Shown here in pieces: positions 28,511 to 38,217 of a stretch of 64,000 nt of DNA. Under the pieces are notes generated by a model. It worked only from the letters and a program-made list of their open reading frames with translations, was not told the origin of the DNA and ran no database searches. Position 1 is the stretch's first letter, and each line of letters begins with the position of its first letter. Position numbers and translations under genes: made by a program. The stretch spans positions 331,840 through 395,839 of the forward strand of contig CAVXUB010000001.1 of the NCBI GenBank assembly GCA_963764805.1, read 5' to 3'. Source of the stretch: an uncultured Actinomycetota bacterium. GTDB lineage: Bacteria; Actinomycetota; Acidimicrobiia; Acidimicrobiales; Bog-793.

Positions 28511-29749
28511 TCAAGACGCGTCAACTACTGCGACATTGCCGCCGCTTGTTGTACCAACGGCGACGCACAGCTGAACAGTAGGACAGCTGACAGAGGTAAG
28601 CGGCGGCAAAGCCGGTGCGCTTAACACCGACCATGAGGAGCCTCGATAATGAAACACCACGTCGCCTGATCCACTCGTATTGTTGGCCAGATATGCATCG
28701 AAACCGAGCGCGACACAGTCTGTTGAGGTAGGACACGACACTCCAGTCATAGTCGTATCCTGGCTAACTGCCGAGGTGTCAGTGCCCATAAATACAGCTC
28801 CGGTCCACTGAGATCCGTCGAACATGAGATTGTCCATACCAGGTTGAGTTTGAATAAAACTTCCGACTGCTGCACAGAAATTAAGAGCTGGACAGCTTAC
28901 CGAGTTCATTTCATCGTAAGTACTCAGGGTGCCATTCGATGATGGAGTGGGATACGAAAGCGACCAGGTATCTCCAGAGTATTGAAGAATTACACCGATA
29001 CTGATGACGCCGACTGCTACGCATGTTGTGGCGCTTGAGCACGACACGCCAGACAACCTATTTGGAGTCACTCCGTCGAAGAGAGAGGGTAGTGCCATAG
29101 GAGTCCAGGATGATCCATTGAATTGGAACACGTCATCGGAGTTGGTGCCTGCTGGCGTTCCCACGGCAATGCAATTTGCTTGATCTGTACACGAGACAGA
29201 GTTGAGATGAGACTCGTCTGATATTGCCCACCGCTGTACCCAACGCGAGCTCAGCAGTTGCACCGCTACTCCGCCCTGCGGGCCTGATCCAACGGCTAAA
29301 CAGTCGGCGCTTGAAATGCACGAGATGCCAGTGAGACTCGTTACGCCAGCGGGCACGGGGAGCACGTTCCAGTTTCCGTCTTCGTCCGCTAGCGCTACTG
29401 GTGTCGAACCGTTCTCGTTTTGCCCTACCGCGACGCACGTCGTCGCGCTGGCGCACGAGACGGCAAGCAAGGTACCCGTGAGGTGGGGTACCGACTGAGT
29501 CTCCCACTTATAGATCACAGGAGAGCTGGTCATAGTCGTTGTAACCTGCCCTGGAATTGTCGAAGTAGAGGGAGACCCAGACTGACCAGATGGGGTTGCT
29601 GAGAGAGGCGTCGAGCTGCTGGCTGTCGTGGAGGAAGCCGCCGTAGAGGGGGAAGTGGTCCCGCCGCACCCGGCGGCGCCGGTGACCACACCCAACACAG
29701 CGATGGTTCGTAGTCGAGCAATGGTGATGGTTTTTCCCCAACGTGGCAT
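28511..29749 (-). CDS. Lipoprotein with about 8-9 beta-propeller-like repeats, each carrying a Cys pair (VSCxSxxxCxAVG)
   Basis: Lipobox-like VTGAAGC followed by a Ser/Thr-rich linker. Repeats include SCASATTCVAVG, SCISSADCLAVG, SCTDQANCIAVG, SCSSATTCVAVG, SCPALNFCAAVG, SCPTSTDCVALG and SCPTVQLCVAVG. GC is clearly lower (about 50% by eye). Confidence 0.7.
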   Translation of the reverse strand: MPRWGKTITIARLRTIAVLGVVTGAAGCGGTTSPSTAASSTTASSSTPLSATPSGQSGSPSTSTIPGQVTTTMTSSPVIYKWETQSVPHLTGTLLAVSCASATTCVAVGQNENGSTPVALADEDGNWNVLPVPAGVTSLTGISCISSADCLAVGSGPQGGVAVQLLSSRWVQRWAISDESHLNSVSCTDQANCIAVGTPAGTNSDDVFQFNGSSWTPMALPSLFDGVTPNRLSGVSCSSATTCVAVGVISIGVILQYSGDTWSLSYPTPSSNGTLSTYDEMNSVSCPALNFCAAVGSFIQTQPGMDNLMFDGSQWTGAVFMGTDTSAVSQDTTMTGVSCPTSTDCVALGFDAYLANNTSGSGDVVFHYRGSSWSVLSAPALPPLTSVSCPTVQLCVAVGTTSGGNVAVVDAS

Positions 29750-29879
29750 CGTCCGTTCCTCCCATGGTGCGACCACTACTCCTGGTCACGGGCACTCTAT
29801 CAGGACGTACTTAGTTGGGACGTATTTTCTCTGGACCGAATGAGTTGGGACGGATGTGGTTGGGAGGTCATGCCCGCCC

Positions 29880-30040
29880 CAACCACTGTCCGAAGCCACT
29901 GCCGAGTTCGGCGCCCGCGTGCGTTCCCGCCGCCAGGTGCTCGGCAAGAGTCAGGAGCAGCTTGCTGACGACGCTGGGCTGCATTGGACATTCGTCGGGC
30001 CAAGTCGAGGGCGGCCAGCGGAACTTGTCTCTAGCTAGAG
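29880..30040 (+). pseudogene. XRE-family HTH fragment, frameshifted
   Basis: FGARVRSRRQVLGKSQEQLADDAGLHWTFVG is followed in another frame by QVEGGQRNLSL. Confidence 0.45.
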
Positions 30041-30272
30041 AGGTGGCCACCGTCCGCAGCCGGAACCGGCGCGGTGGACTCCTCGAAGGCGAGCCGAATC
30101 AAGCTGAGGCGGTCCCAACAGCCGAGCCCAGACCAATGACCGGGGCGGCGGCGGCCGCTTTGCGTGCCGCCAGGCGGGATCCTGCTCTGTCGCCACATAG
30201 ACGGAGATGAGCCGGCGATTCGGGTAGTGCGGGCGGACGGATACCTCAAGAAGCAGGATCGTCTTTACGACC

Positions 30273-30644
30273 CCGTCTGTGGAGAGTCCCTGAGCTGCCA
30301 GGTCCCCTAACACGGCCATGTGCACAGGTGGTTGTGGGCGGCTGTCCGGTCGGATCAGCCCCGGGCTACGTCTTTCGCCGCAGGCAACTCACCCGCGACC
30401 GGACCCGCTTGCCAGCGGTCCGACATGGCATCGACCGACGCCGACCAGGACGCGAGTGCCGACCATGTCGCGCGCTGAAGTCCCACTGCCCGCTTCGGCA
30501 TCTGACGCGAAGTCAGATTTCGCCCAGGCCGCGGCTCCTGGTCGCGAGCCACGGACGACCCAACAACGACCCAACAAGGGCGTCTCACGGCGTCTCCCGG
30601 CGTCACTCCCGTCGGCGAAGACGTCGCGGCGGTCCCCTGCGACC
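30273..30644. repeat. 372-bp direct repeat, copy 1
   Basis: Aligns by eye with 34547-34919, with about 15 differences. The first ~200 bp are nearly identical. It contains the tandem cgacccaacaa x2 at 30557-30578. Confidence 0.9.
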
Positions 30645-31099
30645 GAGGCGCAGTTCGGTGCCTTCGGGGGGCAACCCTGGTACATCCCGGGTGTCCCAGG
30701 CGCTACCTACGTCGCGAGGGATAAGGAATCCTTGCCGTTCGTGGCGAAGATGATCCTGCCGGCGACGGTCACGTCGGACCTCACCACATGTTGGCCTTCG
30801 ATGAGGCGGCCGGAGGCTTTCGCGTGGTCGACGTCGGCGACGCTGGGCCGGCGGAGGGCTCCGATGAGGAGTTCGCAGCGCTGCGCGCAGCGTTCCTTGA
30901 CAGGCCGTCGCCTGCCGGCAGCGCCTGAAGTGAGGTAGCGGGGCCTGGTGCCATCCCTAATCCATCCCTACTATCCGCTCGGAATGCGCCGCCGACGAAT
31001 CCCAGCCCTCAAGCGGCATCGCAACAAAACACCACGTCAGGACCCTAATCGGGACTCACACCCGAAGGTCGCGGCAACCGCTCGGTGCGAATCACCGTC

Positions 31100-31939
31100 T
31101 CAGCGAAGGCCGCCGACGCGGCGGATCATGGCGTCGAACGCCCGGTCCGGGAGCCAACGCCGCAGGAAGAGGAGGGGCTTGGCGCCCATACCGACGGCAT
31201 AGCGGGTCTTCGGTCGGCGAGCGGTTGCGGCCTTGGTAACTGCCTTCGCGATGACCTCGGGAGGCGAGGAGCGCTTGGCGGTCGCCTCGGATTCGAACAC
31301 CTCGGCGACCGCTCGGGCTTGATCGGCGTAGGCGCCGTTGCCCGAGGTCTCCCGGAGGTGGTCGGCGGCGATCCCGCTCCACTCGGTACGGATGCCACCC
31401 GGTTCGATGATGACGACGTCGACCCCGAACGGCTTGGTCTCGATACGCAGGCTGTCGCTGAAGCCTTCCAAGGCGAACTTGGTGCCGTGGTACCAGGCGC
31501 CGAACGGTGTGTGGATCTTGCCGCCCATCGACGTGATGTTGATGATGGTGCCGCTGCGCTGTGATCGCATCGAAGGGAGGACAAGTTGGATCAGCCGGGC
31601 AGCACCGAAGACGTTGACCTCGAACTGACGCCGGGCCTCGGCGAGCGGAACGTCCTCGACAGCACCGTAGGAGCCGTACCCAGCGTTGTTGACCAGCACG
31701 TCGATGCGACCCGCTTCGGCCAAGATCTGCTTGACACCGAGCGCTGTCGATTCATCGTCGGTGACATCCATGACGAGCGTCTTCATGCCGCGGTCCCGCA
31801 GTGTCTGCATGCGGTCGCTCCGGCGAGCGACGCCGTACACCACGAAGCCAGCTTCGTGGAGCCGTAGGGCGGTGGCTTGCCCGATTCCCGACGATGCGCC
31901 GGTGACGAGAGCGACCTTCTGAGGCATCTTGGTGGTCAT
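31100..31939 (-). CDS. Short-chain dehydrogenase/reductase (SDR)
   Basis: Intact 279 aa with TGASSGIG, NNAG and YHGTK motifs. Confidence 0.9.
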   Translation of the reverse strand: MTTKMPQKVALVTGASSGIGQATALRLHEAGFVVYGVARRSDRMQTLRDRGMKTLVMDVTDDESTALGVKQILAEAGRIDVLVNNAGYGSYGAVEDVPLAEARRQFEVNVFGAARLIQLVLPSMRSQRSGTIINITSMGGKIHTPFGAWYHGTKFALEGFSDSLRIETKPFGVDVVIIEPGGIRTEWSGIAADHLRETSGNGAYADQARAVAEVFESEATAKRSSPPEVIAKAVTKAATARRPKTRYAVGMGAKPLLFLRRWLPDRAFDAMIRRVGGLR

Positions 31940-31954
31940 TAGCGACTCCTTGCT

Positions 31955-31980
31955 GTAAGGTGATTAATGGTTCACCTTAC
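31955..31980. promoter_or_regulatory. Inverted repeat GTAAGGTGA-N8-TCACCTTAC, candidate TetR operator
   Basis: Perfect 9-bp arms in the 97-bp divergent SDR/TetR intergenic region. Confidence 0.45.
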
Positions 31981-32036
31981 ATACTGAACCAAGATTCATG
32001 TTTTGGCAAGTGATCTGACAAGGAAGGGGACAACAG

Positions 32037-32603
32037 GTGGCGCAGGTCCGGCCTCGTCAGGGGCGAGCTGACGCCGTTCGAAACCGCGTGAGCATCCTCG
32101 ATGCGGCACGGGCGCAGATCACTGCGCACGGGCCTGAGGTGGGCATGGTTGAGATAGCCCGCTCTGCCGGCATTGCCGTCGGCACGCTCTACCGTCACTT
32201 TCCAACCAAAATGGACTTGGTTGCTGCCGTCGTGAGCGGGTTCGTCGAACAAGTTGCCGACGAAGCTGACGCAGCGGTAGCTCGTTTGAACCAGGGCAGC
32301 CCGGCGTTCGTCGAGCTGTCAGGACTCTTGCGGTACATCGTCCGGGAGTCTGCGACGAACCACGCCGCGAAGGCGGCCGCCCTTGATCTAAACGCCGACG
32401 TCGATGACGCAGGGGATGTCCAGCGGGCAGCGGCGGCAGTCCAAACGTTGATCGACGCGGCTCGTGGCGACCGAGAAGTGCGGGACGACCTCGCGATCGA
32501 CGACTTCTACCTGCTGGTAGCCAACGTGCCACACCAGCCGCCAGCCGACCTCGATCGTTTGGTGGACCTGCTCCTGTTCGGTATCGCAGGCCCGCATTCG
32601 TAG
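32037..32603 (+). CDS. TetR/AcrR-family transcriptional regulator
   Basis: Intact 188 aa. N-terminal HTH: VRNRVSILDAARAQI..VEIARSAGIAVGTLYRHFPTK. Confidence 0.9.
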   Translation: MAQVRPRQGRADAVRNRVSILDAARAQITAHGPEVGMVEIARSAGIAVGTLYRHFPTKMDLVAAVVSGFVEQVADEADAAVARLNQGSPAFVELSGLLRYIVRESATNHAAKAAALDLNADVDDAGDVQRAAAAVQTLIDAARGDREVRDDLAIDDFYLLVANVPHQPPADLDRLVDLLLFGIAGPHS

Positions 32604-32936
32604 TCGGCGCCTGCCACTGACAGCAGATCCCAAGCACAACTCGCAGCGGCAGCAACCAACGAGGACACGTCGTGCCTGGCGGACGCTCGGAACCCCCGTA
32701 AACGTTGACGACGCACATCAGACCACACGGGCTCACGGGGGAAGGTAGCGGGTGGAACACCCGGGAATCTTCTCGACACACTGCCATCGCGCCACGACGA
32801 GAGGGGTGTTCCGAGGGGGACGGCCCTGAGGGGGTCTGTCCGGCCCTCCCACAACGGGTGCACAGGGAGTTCACTTGGTACAGACCGGACCGAGCGGCCG
32901 CCCGACAGGAGGTTGCATGACCGAGGAGAACAGCAC

Positions 32937-33963
32937 GTGCGTGGAGTAGTGATGGAGGCACCGGGGATCATTCATGTCGAGAGGCGCGAAGACCCGAAGA
33001 TCATCGATTCGACGGATGCGGTCATCCGCCTGACGGCGACGTGCATCTGCGGTTCGGATCTGTGGCCATACCGAGGGGTCGAGCACGTCGACCACATGCC
33101 GATGGGCCACGAGTACGTCGGTGTGGTCGAGGAGATCGGGTCCGCCGTGAAGACCCTGAAGGTCGGCGACTTCGTCGTCGGCTCCTTCGTGATCTCCGAC
33201 AACACCTGCGAGATCTGCCAGGCCGGGTACCCGTCGAAGTGCGTGAACGCTGAGTTCGTGTCGATGACGATCGGAACCCAGGCGGAGCGCGCCCGCATCC
33301 CGCACGCCGACGGCACCCTCGTCGCCACCCCCGGCCAGCCGGGCGCCGGATCTCATCCCCTCCCTGCTGGCCGCTTCTGACGTGCTCGGTACCGGCTGGT
33401 TCGCCGCCGAGGCCGCCGAGGTCGGCCCCGGCAAGACCGTTGGCGTCGTCGGTGACGGTGCCGTCGGCCTGATGGCCGTCCTCGCCTCGAAGCAGCTCGG
33501 GGCCGAGCGGATCGTCGCCATGTCTCGCCACGCCGACCGTCAGAAGTTCGCCATCGAGTTCGGCGCCACCGACATCGTCGAGGAGCGCGGCGAGGCGGGT
33601 GTGGCCAAGATCAAGGAGATGACCGGTGGGCTGGGAGCCCACAGCGTCATCGAAGCCGTGGGGACGGACGAGTCGATGCGGCAAGCGATCGCATCGACTC
33701 GCGGTGGGGGGCATGTCGGGTACGTCGGGGTCTCCCATGAAGGCTCCACGATTGCCGCCGACGAGCTGTTCTTCGCTGAGGTCCACCTGTTCGGTGGCCC
33801 AGCCCCCGTTCGGCGGCTGCTCCCGAAGCTGATCCAGCTCATATGGGACCGCAAGATGGACCCAGGAAGGGTCTTCGACCTCACCCTGCCGCTCGAAGAG
33901 GCCGCCGAGGGCTACCGAGCAATGGACGAGCGGCGAGCCATCAAGGTCCTGCTCACCCTGTAG
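32937..33963 (+). pseudogene. Zinc-dependent alcohol dehydrogenase (MDR family), 1 frameshift near 33340
   Basis: GTG at 32937 lies 8 nt after GAGGAG. CGSDLWPYRG..GHEYVGVVEEIG and GVVGDGAVGL are split between ORFs 32913-33380 and 33382-33963. Confidence 0.85.
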
Positions 33964-34029
33964 ATCCGCCCGGCCAGCCTGTCCGTGTCGGCGTCGCCCG
34001 ACAGGACGCGGCCCTAGCCTGGAGAGGCC

Positions 34030-34265
34030 ATGACAACCAAGGATGAGATCCGGGAGTTCCTGGTCTCCCGCCGAGCCAACATCACCCCCGAGCGGGCGGG
34101 CATTCCTCGATTCGGCGAGCAGCGGCGTGTTCCCGGGCTGCGCCGTGAGGAGGCAGCCGAGCTGGCTGGCGTCAGCCTCGACTACTACACCCGACTCGAG
34201 CGGGGAAACCTCAGCGGCGCATCCGACAGTGTCCTCGCCGCGATCGCCGACGCCCTCCAACTCAG
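34030..34265 (+). pseudogene. MmyB/XRE-like HTH regulator, N-terminal fragment only
   Basis: IREFLVSRRANITPERAGIPRFGEQRRVPGLRREEAAELAGVSLDYYTRLERGN..VLAAIADALQL. The family-typical C-terminal domain is absent and the sequence changes character after about 34265. Confidence 0.6.
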
Positions 34266-34546
34266 AGGAGGGTGCCCAGGAGCGGGCGCTTGCGCTCGCC
34301 CGCCTCGACAGCGGCGCGAGCGCCGGCGAGCCCGAGGCGCACTTTCGCCTGGCGACCACGGCGCTGACCGCGGGCCTGGTCGAGGAGGCCCTGGCGGCGG
34401 CTCGGGACACCGCCGAACACGCGGCACCGTTCGAACGACTCGACTTCCGGCGCCGGCTCGATCAGCTCGTGGCGGATTGCCCGGAACTCCAGGCTGACGC
34501 AACGGCCGTCGGTCTAGTTCTGCTCGGTGAGTCCCGGGCCGAGGCG

Positions 34547-34919
34547 CCGTCTGCGGAGAGTCCCTGAGCTGCCAGGTCCCCTAACACGGCCATGTGCACA
34601 GGTGGTTGTGGGCGGCTGTCCGGTCGGATCAGCCCCGGGCTACGTCTTTCGCCGCAGGCAACTCACCCGCGACCGGACCCGCTTGCCAGCGGTCCGACAT
34701 GGCATCGACCGACGCCGACCAGGACGCGAGTGCCGACCATGTCGCGCGGTTGAAGTCCCACTGCCCGCATCGGCATCTGACGCGAAGTCAGATTGCGCCC
34801 AGGCCGCGGCTCCTGGTCGCGAGCCAGGGACGACCCAACAGCGACCCAACAAGTGCGTCTCACGGCGTCTCACGGCGTCACTACCCGTCGGCGAAGACGG
34901 CACGGTAGTCCCTGCGACC
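34547..34919. repeat. 372-bp direct repeat, copy 2 (57 bp before attR)
   Basis: See copy 1. It contains cgacccaacag cgacccaacaag at 34831-34852. Confidence 0.9.
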
Positions 34920-34976
34920 AGCGGAAATGAGACGTCATCGCTCGGCGTGAGACTCGGCGGGACATGCCTGAGCCGC

Positions 34977-35019
34977 CTACGGATCAGAAGGTTGGGGGTT
35001 CGAATCCCTCCGAGCGCGC
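34977..35019. repeat. attR: 43-bp copy of the tRNA-Arg 3' part
   Basis: Identical to 896-938. The tRNA 5' half is not present here. Confidence 0.85.
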
Positions 35020-35443
35020 CACCCAGCCAGCCAGAAGCGTCCAGGCCACAAGCCTGATTGGTGAAGTCGAAGCCAATCGAACACGCCCCTGAGAAGGTTT
35101 TGAGAACAAAGACGTTCTCCCTTGACACGTTCTCCCTTGGAGAGGGAGCCTCATCCAATCGATGCGGGAGGACGAGCCGCGCTGGCGAGCGCCGTTCCGG
35201 AGACAGCTCGCCGCGGTCGCGTGCATAGGTACTGCCTGGGCGACACGGGCCAACCAGGCTCGCACGTCTGCCTCGTCGGCAGGATCGTTCAGCCCGGCGA
35301 TGTCGAGCGAGATGAGCCGCAGCTTTGCGGGGCGCGGACGATCGAGCATGCGAACGACATCGCATACACCCCCAAGAGGGGGCCCCAGAACTGGGGCGCA
35401 AGGTCCGTCCCTTCCGTTTCCGACGGAGGGTGGGGCGGAGCGG

Positions 35444-36832
35444 TCAAGCTGCCGGTGCCGGCATCGGTTCCGTCGTCCAGGTCGAACCACTGTCGGTGGA
35501 CCGGAGGATCACCCCGGTCGAGCCCTTGCCCGTGCCGACGGCCACACAATCGGTCGTCCCGGTTGCGCACGACACGCCATTGAGGTCGGACGTCTCATAC
35601 TCGGCCGTCTCGGCGATGACCCGCCACGTGTTCCCTGAGTAGAGAGACTGAACGACGAACCCATAGAACGATCCCTGGCTGTAAGCACCGCCGACTGACA
35701 GGCACAGATCCGGCGTCGGGCAGGACAGGCTCCGCAACACACCGACACCGCTGCCCTCAAAGGTCGGCACGTGGGTCCAGGTGACGCCCCCGTCAGACGA
35801 CCCGGCGACCTTCGTGCTCTCGTTCGCGGGGACTGCCGACGTGACGTCCTCCTCTGCTATGCACCGGCTCTCGCTCAGGCAGGCGACGACGTTCAGCTCG
35901 CCGGGCACCGAATGCTTGGTCCATGTTGCGCCCCCATCGGTGGTGGTCAGGGCGCCTATGCCGACGACCACGCAGTCCGAGGCGGAAATGCAGGAGATGC
36001 CGTAGCTCACACCCATGCTGACGGTGATCGAGGACCGGTCCTGCACGACCCAGGAGACTCCCCCGTCGGTGGTCCTCATGATGATGTCGTTCTCGTTCTC
36101 GGGCTGGGCACCGACGAGCCAGCAGTCGGCGTCGTTGGCACAAGAGATGCCATCCAGCTCGTAGAACTGGCTCGACATGGGCTGGCTGGCCCAGCTGGCA
36201 CCTCCGTCGGTGGTCGAGAGAAGGAGCGGCGGCTGCTGGGACACGACGCGATTGCCGGCGATCATGCAGTGGGTGGAGGAGGGGCACTCGATCGGGCCGA
36301 TGGAGTCGAGGCCGGAGATCAGATCCTGTACCTGCCAGGTCTGCCCCCCGTCAGTGGATGCCAGGATGGCGCTCTCGTGGCCGCTCGTTCCGGCTCCGGC
36401 CCAGCAATGCGTGGCGTCGGCGCAGATGACGCTCTCGACCGGACCCAACTTAGGTCCCTTGTAGGGAATGGTCGTTGTGGTCATGCCGGGACGGGTCATC
36501 GTCGTTGTCGGCGCCAAGGAGCTGGGGACTGACGAGGTGGGCACCACCGAGGTAGGCACCGACGTCGAGGCATGCGACGGCGCCACCGTGCGGTCATTGC
36601 GCACAAGGGCCGCCGTGCCGGCGGCGACGAGCACCGCTAGGGCGAAGGTCATCGCGGCGAGTCTCGGCCATGCCACTCGCCTCCGGGAATGCCCTCGGCC
36701 CGCACTCGGTGATCGGAGTTGTTCCTGCCGCTTGCTCATCACGTCTCGCGCCGTGAAGGATCTCGGCATCGCGTCAGCGACCGCAGCAGTTGCGCGCAAC
36801 CGGGCACGCCATTTCTCATCATCGCTCGGCAT
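35444..36832 (-). CDS. Membrane-anchored BNR/Asp-box beta-propeller protein (anti-sigma-like partner of the upstream ECF sigma)
   Basis: ATG at 36832 follows GGAGG and overlaps the sigma gene end by 14 nt. It has a cytoplasmic N-terminus, the TM segment MTFALAVLVAAGTAALV, and repeated S/TTDGGxTW motifs together with Cys pairs (ISCANDADCWLVG and others). Confidence 0.7.
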   Translation of the reverse strand: MPSDDEKWRARLRATAAVADAMPRSFTARDVMSKRQEQLRSPSAGRGHSRRRVAWPRLAAMTFALAVLVAAGTAALVRNDRTVAPSHASTSVPTSVVPTSSVPSSLAPTTTMTRPGMTTTTIPYKGPKLGPVESVICADATHCWAGAGTSGHESAILASTDGGQTWQVQDLISGLDSIGPIECPSSTHCMIAGNRVVSQQPPLLLSTTDGGASWASQPMSSQFYELDGISCANDADCWLVGAQPENENDIIMRTTDGGVSWVVQDRSSITVSMGVSYGISCISASDCVVVGIGALTTTDGGATWTKHSVPGELNVVACLSESRCIAEEDVTSAVPANESTKVAGSSDGGVTWTHVPTFEGSGVGVLRSLSCPTPDLCLSVGGAYSQGSFYGFVVQSLYSGNTWRVIAETAEYETSDLNGVSCATGTTDCVAVGTGKGSTGVILRSTDSGSTWTTEPMPAPAA

Positions 36833-37367
36833 CTTCGCCTCCTGAAATCCCCGATCCACCCTCTTCGAGCACGGCAGCCAGCCGGCTACGACCCCGGCGC
36901 AGCCACTGGCGCACCGTCCCCGGCCTCGCCCCGATCTGGCGACCGATCTCGACCGCATCCAGCCCTATGAGGTCGTGCAACACGATGGCGCTGCGCTGCC
37001 GTGGCGGCAGGCTCGCGAGCGCCGCAAGCACGTCGAGGTGCTCGACGCTCGGTGCCGGCACGTACGCCGGAATCTCCGGCCGCGGTGCCCCCGCCTGCTT
37101 GCGCCAGCGACCGATCACGAGGTTGTGCAGCACTCGCCTGGCGAACGCCTCGGGCTGGTCGTAGGTCGAGACCCTCGCCCACTTCCGCCAGACCCGCACG
37201 AGCGCCTCCTGTGCGAGGTCCTGCGCGTCGGCGAGATCACCCGTCATCAGGTAGGCGATCCTCACCAACTCGTCCGCGTAGCGCGAGAAGAAGTCCTCGT
37301 ATGTGGCCTCCAGGCCGTTGGCACTCCTCGGACGAGCCAGCCGCACCGCCTCCCCTACGTCCCTCAC
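36819..37367 (-). CDS. ECF-type sigma-70 family RNA polymerase sigma factor
   Basis: Region 2 (DLAQEALVRVWRKW) and region 4 (LPPRQRSAIVLHDLIGLDAVEIGRQIGARPGTVRQWLRRGR). The start is approximate. Confidence 0.85.
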   Translation of the reverse strand: MRDVGEAVRLARPRSANGLEATYEDFFSRYADELVRIAYLMTGDLADAQDLAQEALVRVWRKWARVSTYDQPEAFARRVLHNLVIGRWRKQAGAPRPEIPAYVPAPSVEHLDVLAALASLPPRQRSAIVLHDLIGLDAVEIGRQIGARPGTVRQWLRRGRSRLAAVLEEGGSGISGGEDAER

Positions 37368-37500
37368 GCCATACAACACGCGCCGCGACCACGGCGTGTT
37401 ACAGGGAGCGGAGAATTTGTCCGTACAGCGACCTTCTCCGAGGGGTCCGTGACATCCCGGCTCATCCGGCCACCGTCGTCCACATCCGAAGGGAAGCCAA

Positions 37501-37833
37501 TTGACCACCGCCGTCTCAGAGATCATCGTCACCGCCGACAACCCCGACTGGGTCGCCGCCATGGCCCGCCGCCTCGTCGAGGAGCGGTGGTGCGCCTGCG
37601 CCCAGCTGATCACCCCCGTCCGATCGATCTATCGCTGGGAGGGCACGGTCCACGACGACGCCGAGGTCAGGGTGGCGCTCCATACACGGGCGGTGCTCGT
37701 CCCCGACCTCGTCCAGCGGATCAAGAGCGAGCACCCCTACGAGGTCCCCTGCATCCTCGCCATACCGGTGGAGGACGCCAACCCGGATTATGTTGCATGG
37801 GTCGAGGCCGAGACGGCGAGGGCGGATGGGTAG
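37501..37833 (+). CDS. cutA: Divalent-cation tolerance protein CutA
   Basis: 110 aa. CAQLITPVRSIYRWEGTVHDDAEV..HPYEVPCILAIPV matches the CutA1 pattern. Confidence 0.85.
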   Translation: MTTAVSEIIVTADNPDWVAAMARRLVEERWCACAQLITPVRSIYRWEGTVHDDAEVRVALHTRAVLVPDLVQRIKSEHPYEVPCILAIPVEDANPDYVAWVEAETARADG

Positions 37834-38217
37834 CACCGCGATCCTGGTCGCCATCTAACCGGAGCGACGCCCCGGGGAGCAAAGGCAGGGGGCCGGCGAT
37901 GGCTGACGCCGAGGCGCTCGACGCCTTCTCGCCGCGCCGGCTAGGTTCGGTGGTGTTCGTGCTGCGCCCAACTAGCGAGCCATGCTGCTGGCAGTCGGAG
38001 GCTAGTGCCGTGCCCGCTGCCGCACGAGAGCATCGAGGCTCTGCTCCGCGAGGCGGAGGCTCGCATCGCCCTCGGCGATGGACGCTCGGCGAGCTTGCGT
38101 GTTCGGCACGGCGGACCTCGGACCTCTTCTCCTGGCGCTGGCGAGCGAGCATCGGAGCACTTCTCCCACGGCTAGGCCACTGCGGCCGAGTAGCGCAGAA
38201 GGGCGACGTACAGTCGG

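Larger units (their letters stand above)
896..35019. mobile_element. ~34-kb integrative (conjugative-type) element inserted in tRNA-Arg
   Basis: Perfect 43-bp att repeats at both ends. int lies next to the intact tRNA, with xis, conjugation/replication genes, IS elements and low-GC cargo blocks in between. Confidence 0.75.

Noticed and set aside
30700-30745. A third (middle) att copy after the first 372-bp repeat
   Set aside because: CCTACG occurs 62 nt after repeat copy 1, and attR starts 57 nt after copy 2. Beyond those 6 nt the sequence does not align with the 43-bp att core. The spacers are also unrelated.
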